Source: Marsupella aquatica (Eukaryota > Plantae > Marchantiophyta). Taken from it: DNA of 64,000 bases. The stretch spans positions 6,774,132-6,838,131 of the forward strand of contig OZ316896.1 in the NCBI GenBank assembly GCA_973895155.1. Direction: 5' to 3'. Each line of letters begins with the position of its first letter. The first letter of the stretch is position 1. Below, in pieces: positions 12,799-24,615 of this stretch. The notes under the pieces were generated by a model. The model searched no databases. It saw only the letters and a list, made by a program, of their open reading frames with translations, and was not told where the DNA came from. A program made the position numbers and the translations under genes.

Positions 12799-13415
12799 GT
12801 CAAAGTCAAAGTCAAATTCTAAGCTCCACGACGACCCAATGAGTCAAGGGAGCTGTGGCAAAAAAGCCAAATACAAAGCAAAGAAATGAGTCAAATGCTC
12901 ATGTGAGGATCTCTACATCCTCACTAATAACAAACTAAGGACCTTAAGAGTCACTAATGTGTAATGCTATCACATCATTTCCTATCCACTGCCATGATAT
13001 ACAATCCAAGTTGCTTTGGTGGCAACCTAAATAGATCATGCAGATCAGAAACAAGGATTTGATGTGCTATTTGAACCTCCTCATACCGTCTACATGCTAT
13101 GAATACATGATATTCATTCTCAATGCTGCCACTATCACAAAGTCTACACACCCTATCCTGCCTCCTAATTCCCTTCCATCTACCCTCCTCTACCTCCAAG
13201 TGATGTGAGTTGAGTCTATATCTAGCAATCACTTGTCTCAACCTCATAGAAATGGGAGCTCTAAGATACTCTTGTTCTTCATACAACATCATGGGGTTTA
13301 CATCCCTCATAAAATACTGTAATCTAGGGCTAGGATCACTCCAAAGTTTTCTAATAGCTTTATCACGCAAGAGTGACCAAAGCTATTAGAAAACTTTAGG
13401 GTTTAGGGTTTAGGG
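12799..13415 (-). mobile_element. 5'-truncated LINE (family B, (TTTGAC)n tail, RTEX-like) with telomeric 5' cap
   Basis: Tail (gtcaaa)3 at 12799-12816; ORF2 C-terminus YRLNSHHLEVEEGRW...CRLC...ENEYHVFIAC; TSD (g)tataa; empty site visible in copy 1 at ~4455. Confidence 0.92.
13395..13415 (+). repeat. Interstitial telomeric repeat (TTTAGGG)3
   Basis: Three perfect Arabidopsis-type repeats. Confidence 0.95.
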
Positions 13416-13531
13416 TATAACACAATGCAACCACAATCACCAGGCATCCATCCATATATCTCTGTTGCTTCAGAATTACTTTATTACACATCCTTCCCCT
13501 CACTAATGTCCATGCAAACAATTCACATTAC

Positions 13532-15172
13532 TCATATAACAGGCACATTGTTGGCATTTGCATCTTTGAATTCACCTCCTTCAGCAAATGTCTCTACCCT
13601 TGTCATAGGAATGAAGCCCCTGCTATCATGAACTACAGGCACTCGGTCTGAACACCGATGATCAAAGGCACTATGTGAGTGTAAATGAAACTCAAGGTTT
13701 GATCCTTCCATCCGACATTGCCTGGCCTGTTTATGACACATTACACGCCAACCTGGGGAGTCTTCCACATCCAGGAAGAAAGCTTACTCCACCTGACTGG
13801 GAAACACAAATGGCTCAGACCATTCGGGCAATTTCCCTCTGAAATTGGCCAGCAAGAAACCGTCGTTGTCTCTCTTCATGGTAGCCCTGTTACCAAGCCA
13901 ATCCTGCCGCACCCATGAACCTTTCATAAGAATCACAGGACTGGACACTACCCCATAGTCCAGAGCCCATATGTCAACTAATTCTCCCACATATCCCATC
14001 TCCATCCAGGCCCTGTCGTGATTGTGGCTTTGTTGCTCAAATACAGTGATGAGCTCACAGTCATTTGTCACCCTGTAGGCACTATCACCATCCTTCACTC
14101 AAAAGTGATTTCCATATGTTCTCATCCGTTTGTAAGTCTTCACTTTCAGGCTAGGGGCATTAGACAGTAGGTAAACGTCTGCATCCATGTTTGGGTGGGT
14201 CTCGTGATGCTCTCTAATTTCCACTCTGATCCACTCCATGAAACCTGGAAAGTTGTTCCTGTAGTGGGATGGGCCGCCTTCAATGACTCATACCCCTTGA
14301 ACAAACAACCACACAGCATTAGCTTGGCTAAAATGAACAGGCTGAAGGAGAAAATCACACTGTCACGCACACAACATTTAAGCTCATGAACTGGATTATA
14401 GCACATGTATGCACTCACTGTATCCATTGTTCCATCACCACAGTGTTGTGCAATACAAAGTCATGTGCCAAGTCTCTCATAGTAGATATGGTCAAAATCT
14501 TTGTGGTTGCAGCCCCTTCCAGTACTTCACCTATCACCCTTTCCTCCTCATCAGAATTTCACACCCTGGTCTTCACATGCTCATATTGTGCTATGTATTC
14601 GGTCAGAAATCCCAGAGTCTCGTCTTTGATGTAACCTTTAGCCATGCTTGCTTCAGGTTTGTAATATGTTCTCACGTGACCTTTGAGTAGCTTCATGTAC
14701 CGTTCCAAAGGGTACAACCAACGAGCACTCATAGGCCCAAATTGGTGTAGCTCTTCCACAACATGGACAAGTAGGTGAGTCAAGACATCAAAAAATGCTG
14801 GAGGAAAATAAATCTCCAGGTCACACAACACCTGAGCGACATCTTCTGTCAGTTGTGGGAAGTGGGTTTCATCCCAAACCTTCACACAAATACGACGAAA
14901 CACATCACTAAGTCGCATGATCACATTATGAACGGGCTTCTGCAACAGGCCCCACAGGCATAAAGGCAACACCTGTTGCATCAACATATGGTAGTCATGG
15001 CTTTTCATACTACCAAGCTTTCTAGTCATGATATGTTTCTTGAAAGCATTGCCATAGTTTGAAGGAACCTTCAAAGAACTCAACCTCTGCACAAATAGTT
15101 GCCACTCTGTGTTTATTAGAACATAGGGCGCTTGGTACTTCAAGAGCACATTAGCTTTGTGGGCATGTGGCC
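13532..15172 (-). pseudogene. CACTA transposase copy 2, 3' part
   Basis: ORF pieces 14559-15149, 13784-14098, 13532-13768 match 2712-4345, with stops and frameshifts. Confidence 0.93.
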
Positions 15173-15564
15173 AAAAGCAAGCTAGAGGGGGTATTATTTG
15201 ATGTCACAAATGTCACATTTCAAATACCATAGAGGATGGTACTTGAAATGTACAAGGACCAAAAAGGACCATGGAAGGGCTTAGATGTATCTGAATGGGT
15301 GGCCAAGATTAGACAAGCATTACTGTGTAGCCCAAGAAGTAAAGGTGATGATTTCCTTGGTGTTGCCCTTCACTACCCACAGCCGACATTGTCACTTAAG
15401 GTACTAAGCTTAAGTAGTACTTTCTTGGAATTCAAATACCTCGTAACTCGTGTTGACCCTATGGTTTGAACTCTATGCAAGTTCCCAAGTCCATTGTACA
15501 TGGCGCGTTAGGTCGTGAGTCCTTCTACAAACATCGTTACGTGTCATATACTCGTGGACGCACT

Positions 15565-15825
15565 ACACCTGTAAGTTTTTCTTAATCTTGAGTAAGTTTT
15601 TCTTGAGGGAAACAAGCTGCCCCGACATTGCGATGCAGAAATTTGGTGGTACTCACGGATGCACTATACCAAGTAAGTTTTTCTTGCGAGAAACAAGCCC
15701 AAACATTGCGTATGTTGCAGAAATTTAGTGGTACTCACACACGCACTATACTTGTAAGTTTTTCTTGCAAGAAACAAGCCCAGACATTGAGAGAAACAAG
15801 CGCGGACATCGCGTTGCAGAACTTT
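15565..15825. repeat. Degenerate ~80-90 bp tandem repeat (about 3 copies)
   Basis: gtaagtttttcttg..agaaacaagc...acattg and gcagaaattt.gtggtactcac recur. Confidence 0.75.
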
Positions 15826-16188
15826 TGTGTTACCTTGTCCTTTTCGTGTTCGACATTCACCTTCTTTTGCTCCTGTTTGGAGCTTCAATGTTGCGTTTTG
15901 CGTCGCATTGCCATGCATTGTGGTCTAAGGGATATTAAGGACTGTAAACATCTGACCTCGTAGCGAATGTTCCTTACTCTGCGACAGGAAGCTGCGGCAT
16001 TACTCTACGTTTAGACCTTCATTACTCTGTGGCATTACTCTATGTTTAGGAGAACAAACATTGTAGCTCAAGGGCGGTTGAAGTAGGGTGAATCTCTACC
16101 CTCACACATGATCTCATGGTGTTAACCCAACATCATGAGTAGTGTTTGGGATGAAGCAGCGAAAGCCAAAAGAGACCGACGAAATTTT

Positions 16189-18081
16189 GGTAATGGTAAT
16201 GGTAATGTATTATAAGCTCCGGGACCATGAAAGTCAAAGGAGCTGCCACAAAAAGTAAAGTACAATGCAATCAAAGAAAAGAGCAACCAAAAGAGATTGC
16301 TCAGAAGAGGACAACTATGTCCTCAAAGAAACTATGGACCTAGAGAGCCCTGAAAGATTTTCCAAACCTATTCTCCTTTCCCTATCCACCGCAAAGATAT
16401 ATCTTCCAAGTTGCTGAGGGGGCAGACCAAACAATGCATACAAATCTTTCACCAAGATTTGAGATGCCATCCTAACCCCCTCATAAAACTTGCAAGCAAT
16501 GAATACATGATATTCATTCTCTATACTAGAGCTATCACATAACTGACAAACCCTCTTTTTCCTGTCAATATCCTTCCATCTCCCTTGTTCTACTTCAAGG
16601 TGGTGTGAGCTTAGTCTATACTGAGCAATAAGTTGTCTAAGTTGTACTGAGATAGTGCTAGATAAGTATTCTTGTTCTCGATATTTCTTCATGGGGTTCA
16701 CATCTCTCATGTAGTATTGCTGCCGTGGGCTAGGTTCATGCCAAAGTTTGTGCAAAGCCTTTTGCTCAAGTTTTGCTCTTAGCTTGGTTGGGTGTGTTGG
16801 CCATTCATGTTCAGGAAAATCCCAAGCATGGGCCCACCTGCACACATCTGCATACCACCCTTTAGCTGAAGATGAGCGCAAGGCATGAAAAGGAAATCTG
16901 TTTTCCTCCAACTCTCTTACACGCATGATGTATTTGAGTGTGTGGAAGAGGGCCTCCACCTCCAAAGGAAACAAGCCTGCCTCTGCAAGTGTAAGTGCAT
17001 ATGGGGTTTGTGACTTGATCCCAAGCTCCATCTCAAGAAATAGCTTTTGCAGCCCCTCAATCTGTTGCCACCCAGATTTAGACACACCTGCTCCCCAAAT
17101 TGGTGCTCCATAAAGAATGACTGGTTTCACCAAAGCTCCAAAGAGATGTTTCCTTAACCTCCAAGTGTGTAGACCAGCTTTTTTGCATTTGTTCATGAAT
17201 GCATAAAAAGCTCTGTACCCATTGGCAGCCCTAGATTTTACACATGAGGCCCAACTCAAGTTTTGAGAGAACTCCACCCCAAGGTATTTGTAGGTCCTCA
17301 CAAATTCCACCAGATTCCCTTGGAAGTAGAGCTCTGGATTTTGTGGTGTGCCAATGCCCAAACACTTGGTCTTCTTGAGGTTGACTACCATCCCTGTTGC
17401 TTGACAAAACTCCTCCAAGGCATTGAGATGTCTTTGCAAAGCTTCTTGAGCATGAGCAAGTAGGACCACATCATCTGCAAATATAAGAAGTTGGAGGACA
17501 AACCTACCCAATTGAGTGCCAACTCCACCATGCTCCTCCAAAATGTTGTGTAGCTGATCAATGAAGATGCCAAATAGAGTTGGTGAGAGAGGACAACCTT
17601 GGATCACCCCAAGAGTGCTCCAGATTTCTTCAGAGGTTTCCTTTGAAAGTTTGATGCGCACTTCTTGGTACAATTTAGAAACAGCCAACCTGAGCTCTTC
17701 AGGCACTTCCAACTCCACCATCCTATCCCAAAGCTTGGATCGGGAAACTTTGTCAAAGGCCTTGGAGAAGTCCACAAACAAGCAAAATAATGGTTTATGT
17801 GGAGATTTGGCCTTTTCACACAACACCCTCAAGCAGAGAATGTGATCCATAGTGCTGAATTCTCTCCTAAAACCTGCTTGTGAAGGTGCCCTTTTCATCT
17901 CACTCTCCAACCAAGAGCTTAATCTGGCTTCAAGTAGTCCTCCCAAAACTTTAGCAAAAGTATTGCCTACCATGATGGTTCTGTAGTTGTGCACATCATC
18001 CTTGTTGCCTGCCTTGAAGATAGGCACCACTCTTCTGGTCATCCAAGCTTTAGCTTAGGGTTTAGGGTTTAGGGTTTAGGG
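16189..18081 (-). mobile_element. 5'-truncated LINE (family A, (ATTACC)n tail, RTEX-like) with telomeric 5' cap
   Basis: (ggtaat)3 at 16189-16206, RT ORF, TTTAGGG array at 18055-18081; no TSD seen. Confidence 0.92.
16315..18042 (-). CDS. LINE ORF2 reverse transcriptase and C-terminal CCHC region (5'-truncated)
   Basis: PIFKAG..NYRTI, QAGFR, FVDFSKAFDKV, GVIQGCPLSPTLF, FADD, YKYLG, C-x2-C...EYH...C. Confidence 0.95.
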   Translation of the reverse strand: MTRRVVPIFKAGNKDDVHNYRTIMVGNTFAKVLGGLLEARLSSWLESEMKRAPSQAGFRREFSTMDHILCLRVLCEKAKSPHKPLFCLFVDFSKAFDKVSRSKLWDRMVELEVPEELRLAVSKLYQEVRIKLSKETSEEIWSTLGVIQGCPLSPTLFGIFIDQLHNILEEHGGVGTQLGRFVLQLLIFADDVVLLAHAQEALQRHLNALEEFCQATGMVVNLKKTKCLGIGTPQNPELYFQGNLVEFVRTYKYLGVEFSQNLSWASCVKSRAANGYRAFYAFMNKCKKAGLHTWRLRKHLFGALVKPVILYGAPIWGAGVSKSGWQQIEGLQKLFLEMELGIKSQTPYALTLAEAGLFPLEVEALFHTLKYIMRVRELEENRFPFHALRSSSAKGWYADVCRWAHAWDFPEHEWPTHPTKLRAKLEQKALHKLWHEPSPRQQYYMRDVNPMKKYREQEYLSSTISVQLRQLIAQYRLSSHHLEVEQGRWKDIDRKKRVCQLCDSSSIENEYHVFIACKFYEGVRMASQILVKDLYALFGLPPQQLGRYIFAVDRERRIGLENLSGLSRSIVSLRT

Positions 18082-18091
18082 TAAACCTAAA
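18055..18091 (+). repeat. Interstitial telomeric repeat TTAGGG(TTTAGGG)3 followed by inverted taaacctaaa
   Basis: Seen directly. Confidence 0.92.
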
Positions 18092-18094
18092 GCC

Positions 18095-18393
18095 ATTGCT
18101 TGATTCAGCTCATGCACCAAGTTTGTTAGTAAAGAGGGTCCTCCCCACAAAAGAAGCTCCAAGTTCAGGCCCAACAGATCTTTAGCTTTCCCATGTTGCT
18201 ATCAATACAATCAGACATGGGAAATGCCACAAATGCCTCCATGTCCTAGCCGATGTGAGCATGCTTTATAAATAAAGCGCCGAGGATGGGGGAAGGTTGA
18301 ATGAAAGTTCACAATATGAACCACGACATCTCGAAATGAAGCAGACTGCCCTGCTTCCATGACCTGCTCAACTTCTGTTACAGGAGTCCCCAT
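18095..18393 (-). pseudogene. RPA1 C-terminal (Zn OB-fold)-like remnant
   Basis: VVVHIVNF...RFIYKACSHRLGHGGICG, then after stops AKDLLGLNLELL; resembles the YxAC...C and AExLLG motifs of Rep_fac-A_C. Confidence 0.4.
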
Positions 18394-18429
18394 TCTTCTG
18401 CGTCAACAAGATCCTGCAAAACTACAAGT

Positions 18430-18935
18430 CCAATACTCAAATCAATACTCAAGGATTCCCGATGGATATTCAATGACAAAACCTTGCTTGCACTACCACA
18501 ACATGACACACAATCCTCAAGGGATTACACTACTACTCAAAGGTATTGAACTAATACTCGCAGGAATTTGAAACAATACTCAAACGCGTAACTTACATAA
18601 TACTCAAAGGTATTTACATAATACTACAAGGTATTTACATAATACTACACGGTATTGTGACAATACTACAAGGTATTGTGACAATACTACAAGGTATTAT
18701 GATAATAATACACGTTATTGTGATAATACTCAATGGTATTATGATAATACTCAATGGTATTGAGATAAAACTCAACGGTATTGAGATAATAGTACTTGAG
18801 GTATTATGAAAATACCAGGAATTGACTAACACCTGAAACTCTTACAGTAATACCTTATTGTATTAGACTAATACCCGAAGGTACTAAACTAATACTTAGT
18901 ATTAGAGTAACAATCACAGGTACCAGGTAAATACT
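18430..18935. repeat. Degenerate ~21-22 bp minisatellite (AATACT(A)CAAGGTATT core)
   Basis: About 20 units such as aatactacaaggtattgtgac; core aatac...gtatt is self-complementary. Confidence 0.88.
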
Positions 18936-19228
18936 CTGTGACATGAAAGCACAGCCAGAGAAATTACCTGAGTCTGGTAGTGCATGTAAAGTGAGTATTC
19001 AAATCTACATAATATGCATGTATGAAGTGAGTGAACCCTAAACCAAATAAACCTGTGACAATACATAGAAATTGACTGGTACAAAGGATGAGCAATAGGA
19101 GAGTAAGAAAATTTACCATCAATGCATCCACATTGGGTATCTAGACAGACATCTAGGGTTCATGAATGCTCAGAGGCAGACGACAATGTCAACATAGTAG
19201 TCCTATTTAAATTACCCAGCCTCACCTA

Positions 19229-21900
19229 TTACAATTTCCTAGCTGATCCACGACCTCTTCCTCGTCCTTTGACAGGTGGTTTAACCTTTTCAACTGACTT
19301 TAAGGCAACATTACCACCCTTGTCATGAGCAGGATCCAATCCTAGACTGATAGCAGCACCCCTTAACTTCCCCTTAGCTTGAGAGGAGCTTGTGCCATTC
19401 TTCTCCTCGGCCTTTCACTTTTTGCTACTCCCCTTACAAGACTCAGAGCCAGGCTCAGAGTCATTAGAGACATTCTCCACCTGAGTGACCGAACCAGGTT
19501 CTGGAGCAGCACCCTTTTCGACCTTCACAATTGAGAGATTCACCTCACCCTTGGACTCCGGGGCTGAAGTCTGCATTTGAACTAGAGTAGGAACTGACTT
19601 GATGTCAACTTTTGAGACCCTCAACAACTCATGGTGTACATGTGCAGCTTTACCAACAGCCTCATGATATTCGATAGACTTCTTCACACTTTCCTGCAGC
19701 GCAAAACAATATCCCACAATTAGCAATTGACCAATATCCCCGCTAATACCAATGGTACGACAAAGCCAGATCATACTATGCCAACAACTCGAGTGACCAG
19801 GTTTAGTGATATACCTTTGAATATAACTTGGTCACTTTCTTATGCTTCAAGGCTTGATTCTCCCTCCTTCCCTTTAAATTCAAGGCATTCTTGCAATACA
19901 GATCACTAAGGCTCTTTTGAAAAGAGATAGATTGTTCTTCCAAACCCCAATCATCTGCTAGCTTCACTACATCTGGATGGTCCACTCGGGATGAACCCCA
20001 GCACTTCAGCCAGGCTGGATGAAACACTTCAGCACAGGCTAAACACTTAGGAGGTTTACTGTCACCGTTTCGAAGCAACGGGAACAAACAACTTGGATGA
20101 TAGCAATGTCCACATGATGTGGGAATCCAATTGTTACAAAAGAAGCCAAGAGAGCAAACAGGGCATTCGCTTATGGGAAAATAAGCCTCCTCTGTCTGCG
20201 CAGGACAAATGATACTAATAGGGCATACATAAATTGCATGAGAGGTATTCAAGTGCTCCTTTAGTCTTGCGCACTCTAGATTGAGAGCATCATAGGACTT
20301 TGTCAATTTGTATGCTGTATGATCTAGCTTGTGCAAGGTCTGTTTCCCATACTCCTGTTCCTCATCCAACTTATTCAACTCTTTCATAAGAACTTGAGCA
20401 TCTGCGACTACATCAATGCGCTTCTGCTTTGAAGCAGCCAAGTTTGCTTGCAGTATATTTGTTTCATTGCAACACGAGACATATTTTTCTCGCAACCCTT
20501 TGCAAAGTGCCTGCACAAGTCCCGGCCAACACAACAGGATTGTTATAAGCAACTGAAAATCACATTCAACAAAGATAATATGAAAACAAATGTAGCTTTA
20601 AACAAAATGAGATCATTTACCTCGTCTTCAGAATGCTCTTCGTCAGGATCTTGCAGCAGTTCAAGATCCTCAGATACTTGAGCTTGCTCTTTGACCTGAG
20701 CATGGATGCGTCGCTGTACGTCGTGGATGATATTAGTGAGTTCATTCTTTTGCACTTTCAACCTTGACAATGTCGTTTGAATTGAGTTGATTCGATCAGT
20801 AGCCTCATTCTGAGCTGCTGTGAATTGAATGGCATCTTGTGTAGACTTCTGCATTTCAGGGCCAAGCTCTGCAAGACTAGCCTCCACTACCTCCAACATT
20901 GTTTCAAGAAGTGTATTCTTCTGGTGTGGAACTGGCGTGCCAGTAGTGACTCCAGTGCAAAGTTTTTTGGTTTGAGCTTCTGGAAAACCTATGAAACTAT
21001 TTTCTGGTGACATTTCATGATTCGGACCACCTACCTGAGAAAGGGACTCACCTTGCTCTTGCTCATTTGCCTCTAGTCCTAACACCGTACCTGGAGATAT
21101 TGTATCTTGCTGCAATTGGTTCATGTTTTGCGGGAAGTTTTGACTACTCGAATGAGGACCCGAGGCTTCGGGTGACTTGAGCTCTAGGTTTGCCGGTTTC
21201 TCCTCCCCAGGTGATTCACAATGTGCTCCACTCGCAACGGACTGTATTCTATTGAAGAGGTCTAGAGGAGGGATATACTTTGTCTCAATCCTCTTCCACG
21301 GTGGCGAGTTTCTATCGATTGGAGACTTCCTTACAAACCTCAACCGAAGCTGCCCTCTATGCTTGTCTGCACCACAAGCTGCCCAATTCACAGGTTTTTT
21401 TAAGATCCGCTCATAGTACAAACCTTTGGCAACCTCCACAGTGTATGGTTGAAACTTTCCGATTCCGTCCAGCGCACAGGTAAGCATGGCGATGTCGTCG
21501 GCAGGAATCCCCTTAACGCCATCCTTCTTGTAGCCGTTCTTCCCAGACTTGTTCCCAAAATACTCCTCCAACACCTCAGCGGACACGTCTTCACTTGTGA
21601 GCTACTTCGGAATGCTTCCCACATTGGGCATTGTGGAAATGATCGATGTCCTTCACAAACTCATCAACTGTCCACTCTTCTGATGAGGGGACCTTTACAA
21701 GACTCTCACCGTGTGATTTCGGTGGTAGCTTGTGACTCGTGGACTTTCCAGGCATTTCAGAAGACATACCTGTTGTGTAGCTTGAGTTCTCCCAGCTGCT
21801 CGCTCCAAGCGTTGGCAACAAACTATTTGGGCGCAAACCTGCGCTATGCGACTCCGCCCGAGTCCCTTGAAAGCACGTTACTCCAGAGTCTGACTCGTCC
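19229..21900 (-). CDS. Multi-exon, probably decayed gene: TE-type N-terminal domain, coiled coil, RING-H2 finger, basic tail
   Basis: CPVC-x13-CGHCYHPSC-x14-CLAC in ORF 19803-20552; coiled coil in 20543-21586; donor gtaaat at ~20601. Confidence 0.65.
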
Positions 21901-22679
21901 CTTCCAGTGCCTTGCGCCTGAATTACAACACAAGAATGTGAGTTCAATGTCATCTTATTTGAAAAGATTGAATGTGTGCCTAATGCGTGGCCTAGATCAT
22001 AGAAGACATTCAATATTAAACAAGTGGGGAAGAAAACAATCAGAGCAACTTTCCGAATGTCCTCAACTTTCAAAATTGTAGCTCAGGTCCTGTAACTCTT
22101 CAATCTCCACAACGCAAACGAGAATGCAAAAAGTTCCAGAGATTCAAATGCTTGCAGCCCTCGACTAAAAGCAACTTCCTGCGCCAAAATGCAATGTCAT
22201 TCCCTCCCGCATTCCCTCCCCTGCTACCTAATCAAGGATCACAATGTTGCGGTCTTCTCCAACTGGCACATTGCGCAACATTCAAACTGGAGTACGCATC
22301 GTGAAAGTTGATTCAACGCGACAAAAAGGAAATAGAAAGGAAGTGCGCACTTTGCGCCCAGGTCTCCCTTGATTGCAGGCAATCCTACGGTTTGGATCAT
22401 CCTTCTAGCAGGAAGGGTCAAGATCCAACAATGCTACTCCCTCAACCACCACCATTGATCTTCATTGCCACCACGGCACGGTCCGGATTTGCTGACCTTT
22501 CTAATTTTGAAATGATAGGAGGTTACGGTAGTAATGTCTTTTCGGCCCTTCCTCCCTCCAACGTGATTGTACTTGCAACAACCTCCTCCCTCATCATTAC
22601 ATGACTTGTAGTACTAACTATACTATGAGCTTTGTTGTAGGGGTGGTATTAGGAGGGGTATTATTTTGCTCAAATTAGA

Positions 22680-24615
22680 CCCCTCTGTTCAAGATCCAAT
22701 CTCACAGAACCAGTGTCTTTCTCTCCACACAAGAATTTGAGTAGACTCTCACAAATATTCTTCTCAATGTGCATTACATCAATGTTATGTTTGCTTGGCT
22801 CAAACTCCTGCACAGTTGCAATGCAAGAGCATCAGTAAATGCCTCTAGTTTAGTCTCTCTCTTCAAAATGAATGCACATGCTCTGAACCAAAACATGTAT
22901 CCCAATTAGCATCAACTCCAAGAGGCTTACCCTCCAATACTTGAGCTCCAAGTCAAATATGCTCTGTCTTTTTACAGCATATCGCTTTATTGGATCACTC
23001 ACTCCATCTTCCCTGCCCCCTCATTTGATATAGTCATCCCTCAGTGCTCCCCACTACCTGATCTCCTCTTTGGTCACTCGTGCCGAGGGTCCACGTTGCT
23101 CAATTTCATTGCCAAAGTGTGCAATCAGTGCCTGTCTTTCTTTGTAAGGGTGATCTGCCTTCAGAAAACGACGATGGCCCATGTATATGACTTTCTGTAG
23201 GGCTCTGGAGTACTCACTGGTGACATTGCGCCCACAGATAGTACAAGCACAATATCATTTTGTTGTTTGGCCTGATATCATCCCATGGGCTGGGTAGTCA
23301 GCTATAGTCAGAATGACGATGGCTCTAAGGATGAATGGGTTTAACTTCCCAAGCCTCTGTAAGACATCATATGTGAGAACTCCTTCCTCCCAAAGTTTTC
23401 TCAATTCCTCCACTAGGGGAGCCAGAAACACATCTATGTTGGCAGATACAGCACTATTTGGCCCTTGTATTAATAGGACCATCAAAACAAAAAATCATTT
23501 TGTAGTCATCCAAGGAGGGAGGTTATATAATTCAAAATCGTTACAGGCCAGCACAAAAATTTGTTGTTCTTGTCTCCAAATGGGTTTACCCCATCCAATG
23601 ACAGCCCAAGTCTGACATTCCTTGGCTCAGCAGCAAATTCGGGATACATCTCATCTATGAGTTTCCACTGCCTTGAATCTGCAGAATGTTGTTGTAGCCC
23701 ATCAACACTTTTCTTGTCAGTTGCCCAAGTCATCATCTCTGAGATGACACGGCTTTTGAACATCCGCTGAAGTCTGGGAATGAGTGGAAAATGACAAAGT
23801 ACCTTGGCGGGAACCATAGACTTTCCTGAGTTCCGATACCTGTGCTTCCCACACTTAGGGCATGTCAACGATTCTGCATACTCCTTTCTAAAAAGAACAT
23901 GCCCATCAGGACAGGCATGGATGGAATAAAGTTCAATCCAAGATTAGATATGCATCTTTTTTCCTCGTACATGTTCTTGGGAAAAATATTACCATCTGGT
24001 AGCACAGTTGTTCGCAAGAATGCCAACAACTCAAAAACTAAAACGTTGGGGACATTGTGGTTGTCGCAAATGTTCAGGAACATGATGACAAATTCCAGTT
24101 TAGAACATTTGCTACCGGGATACAAAGACTTCCTGCCTTCCTGTATTTGCAGGGGAGAGCCAAACATCCCATCATGCCTAGGGGTTTCCTGCCCTATTTC
24201 AAACTCATCAAGAGGCTCTTTGACTGGGGGCACACTTGCATCTGCAACCGGTATCCTCTTCGTTGTCCAGCCCATCGTGAAATGCATCCAAGTCTTGGAA
24301 GATGTCTCTCACTATGTCTTCCACATGAATTCCTTCGTCACGTGGTGTTGCCTGAGCACCATCCCGTTAGAAGGCTGACAACCCACAGAGACCAGCTACA
24401 ACATTTTCAAATGCACTAGACAGAACCTTACTTGCCCGTCTTGCAGCATTGGCAGCATCAAATTCTAACCTCCACTCCTCGTCGGAAGAATCTTCCTCTG
24501 TAGGATCATTCCAAACTCAATGTTGTGGATCTCTTCCATGAACTGCGATATGCCGCCAAACCTCATTCAGACCCCTGGTACGGGATCCTTGGCAGATTGC
24601 ACAAGGACATCTCAT
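22680..24615 (-). pseudogene. CACTA transposase copy 2, 5' part
   Basis: Reverse complement of 755-2684 with multiple stops and frameshifts. Confidence 0.93.

Larger units (their letters stand above)
15173..22679 (-). mobile_element. 7.5-kb unclassified insertion in copy 2 transposase
   Basis: Absent from copy 1; replaces 23 bp of target, no TSD; near-terminal direct repeat gagggg(g)tattattt at 15185 and 22653. Confidence 0.75.

Noticed and set aside
18430-18935. CRISPR-like appearance of short repeats
   Set aside because: Units are contiguous and degenerate with no unique spacers; eukaryotic context, no cas genes
21449-22081. Longer antisense ORFs (also 27215-27859, 48997-49482, 609-1133)
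   Set aside because: Shadows of opposite-strand coding regions
15173-22679. Canonical Helitron call
   Set aside because: Minus strand starts TC and a CTAG lies near the other end, but no A/T target, no clear 3' hairpin and no Rep/Hel ORF
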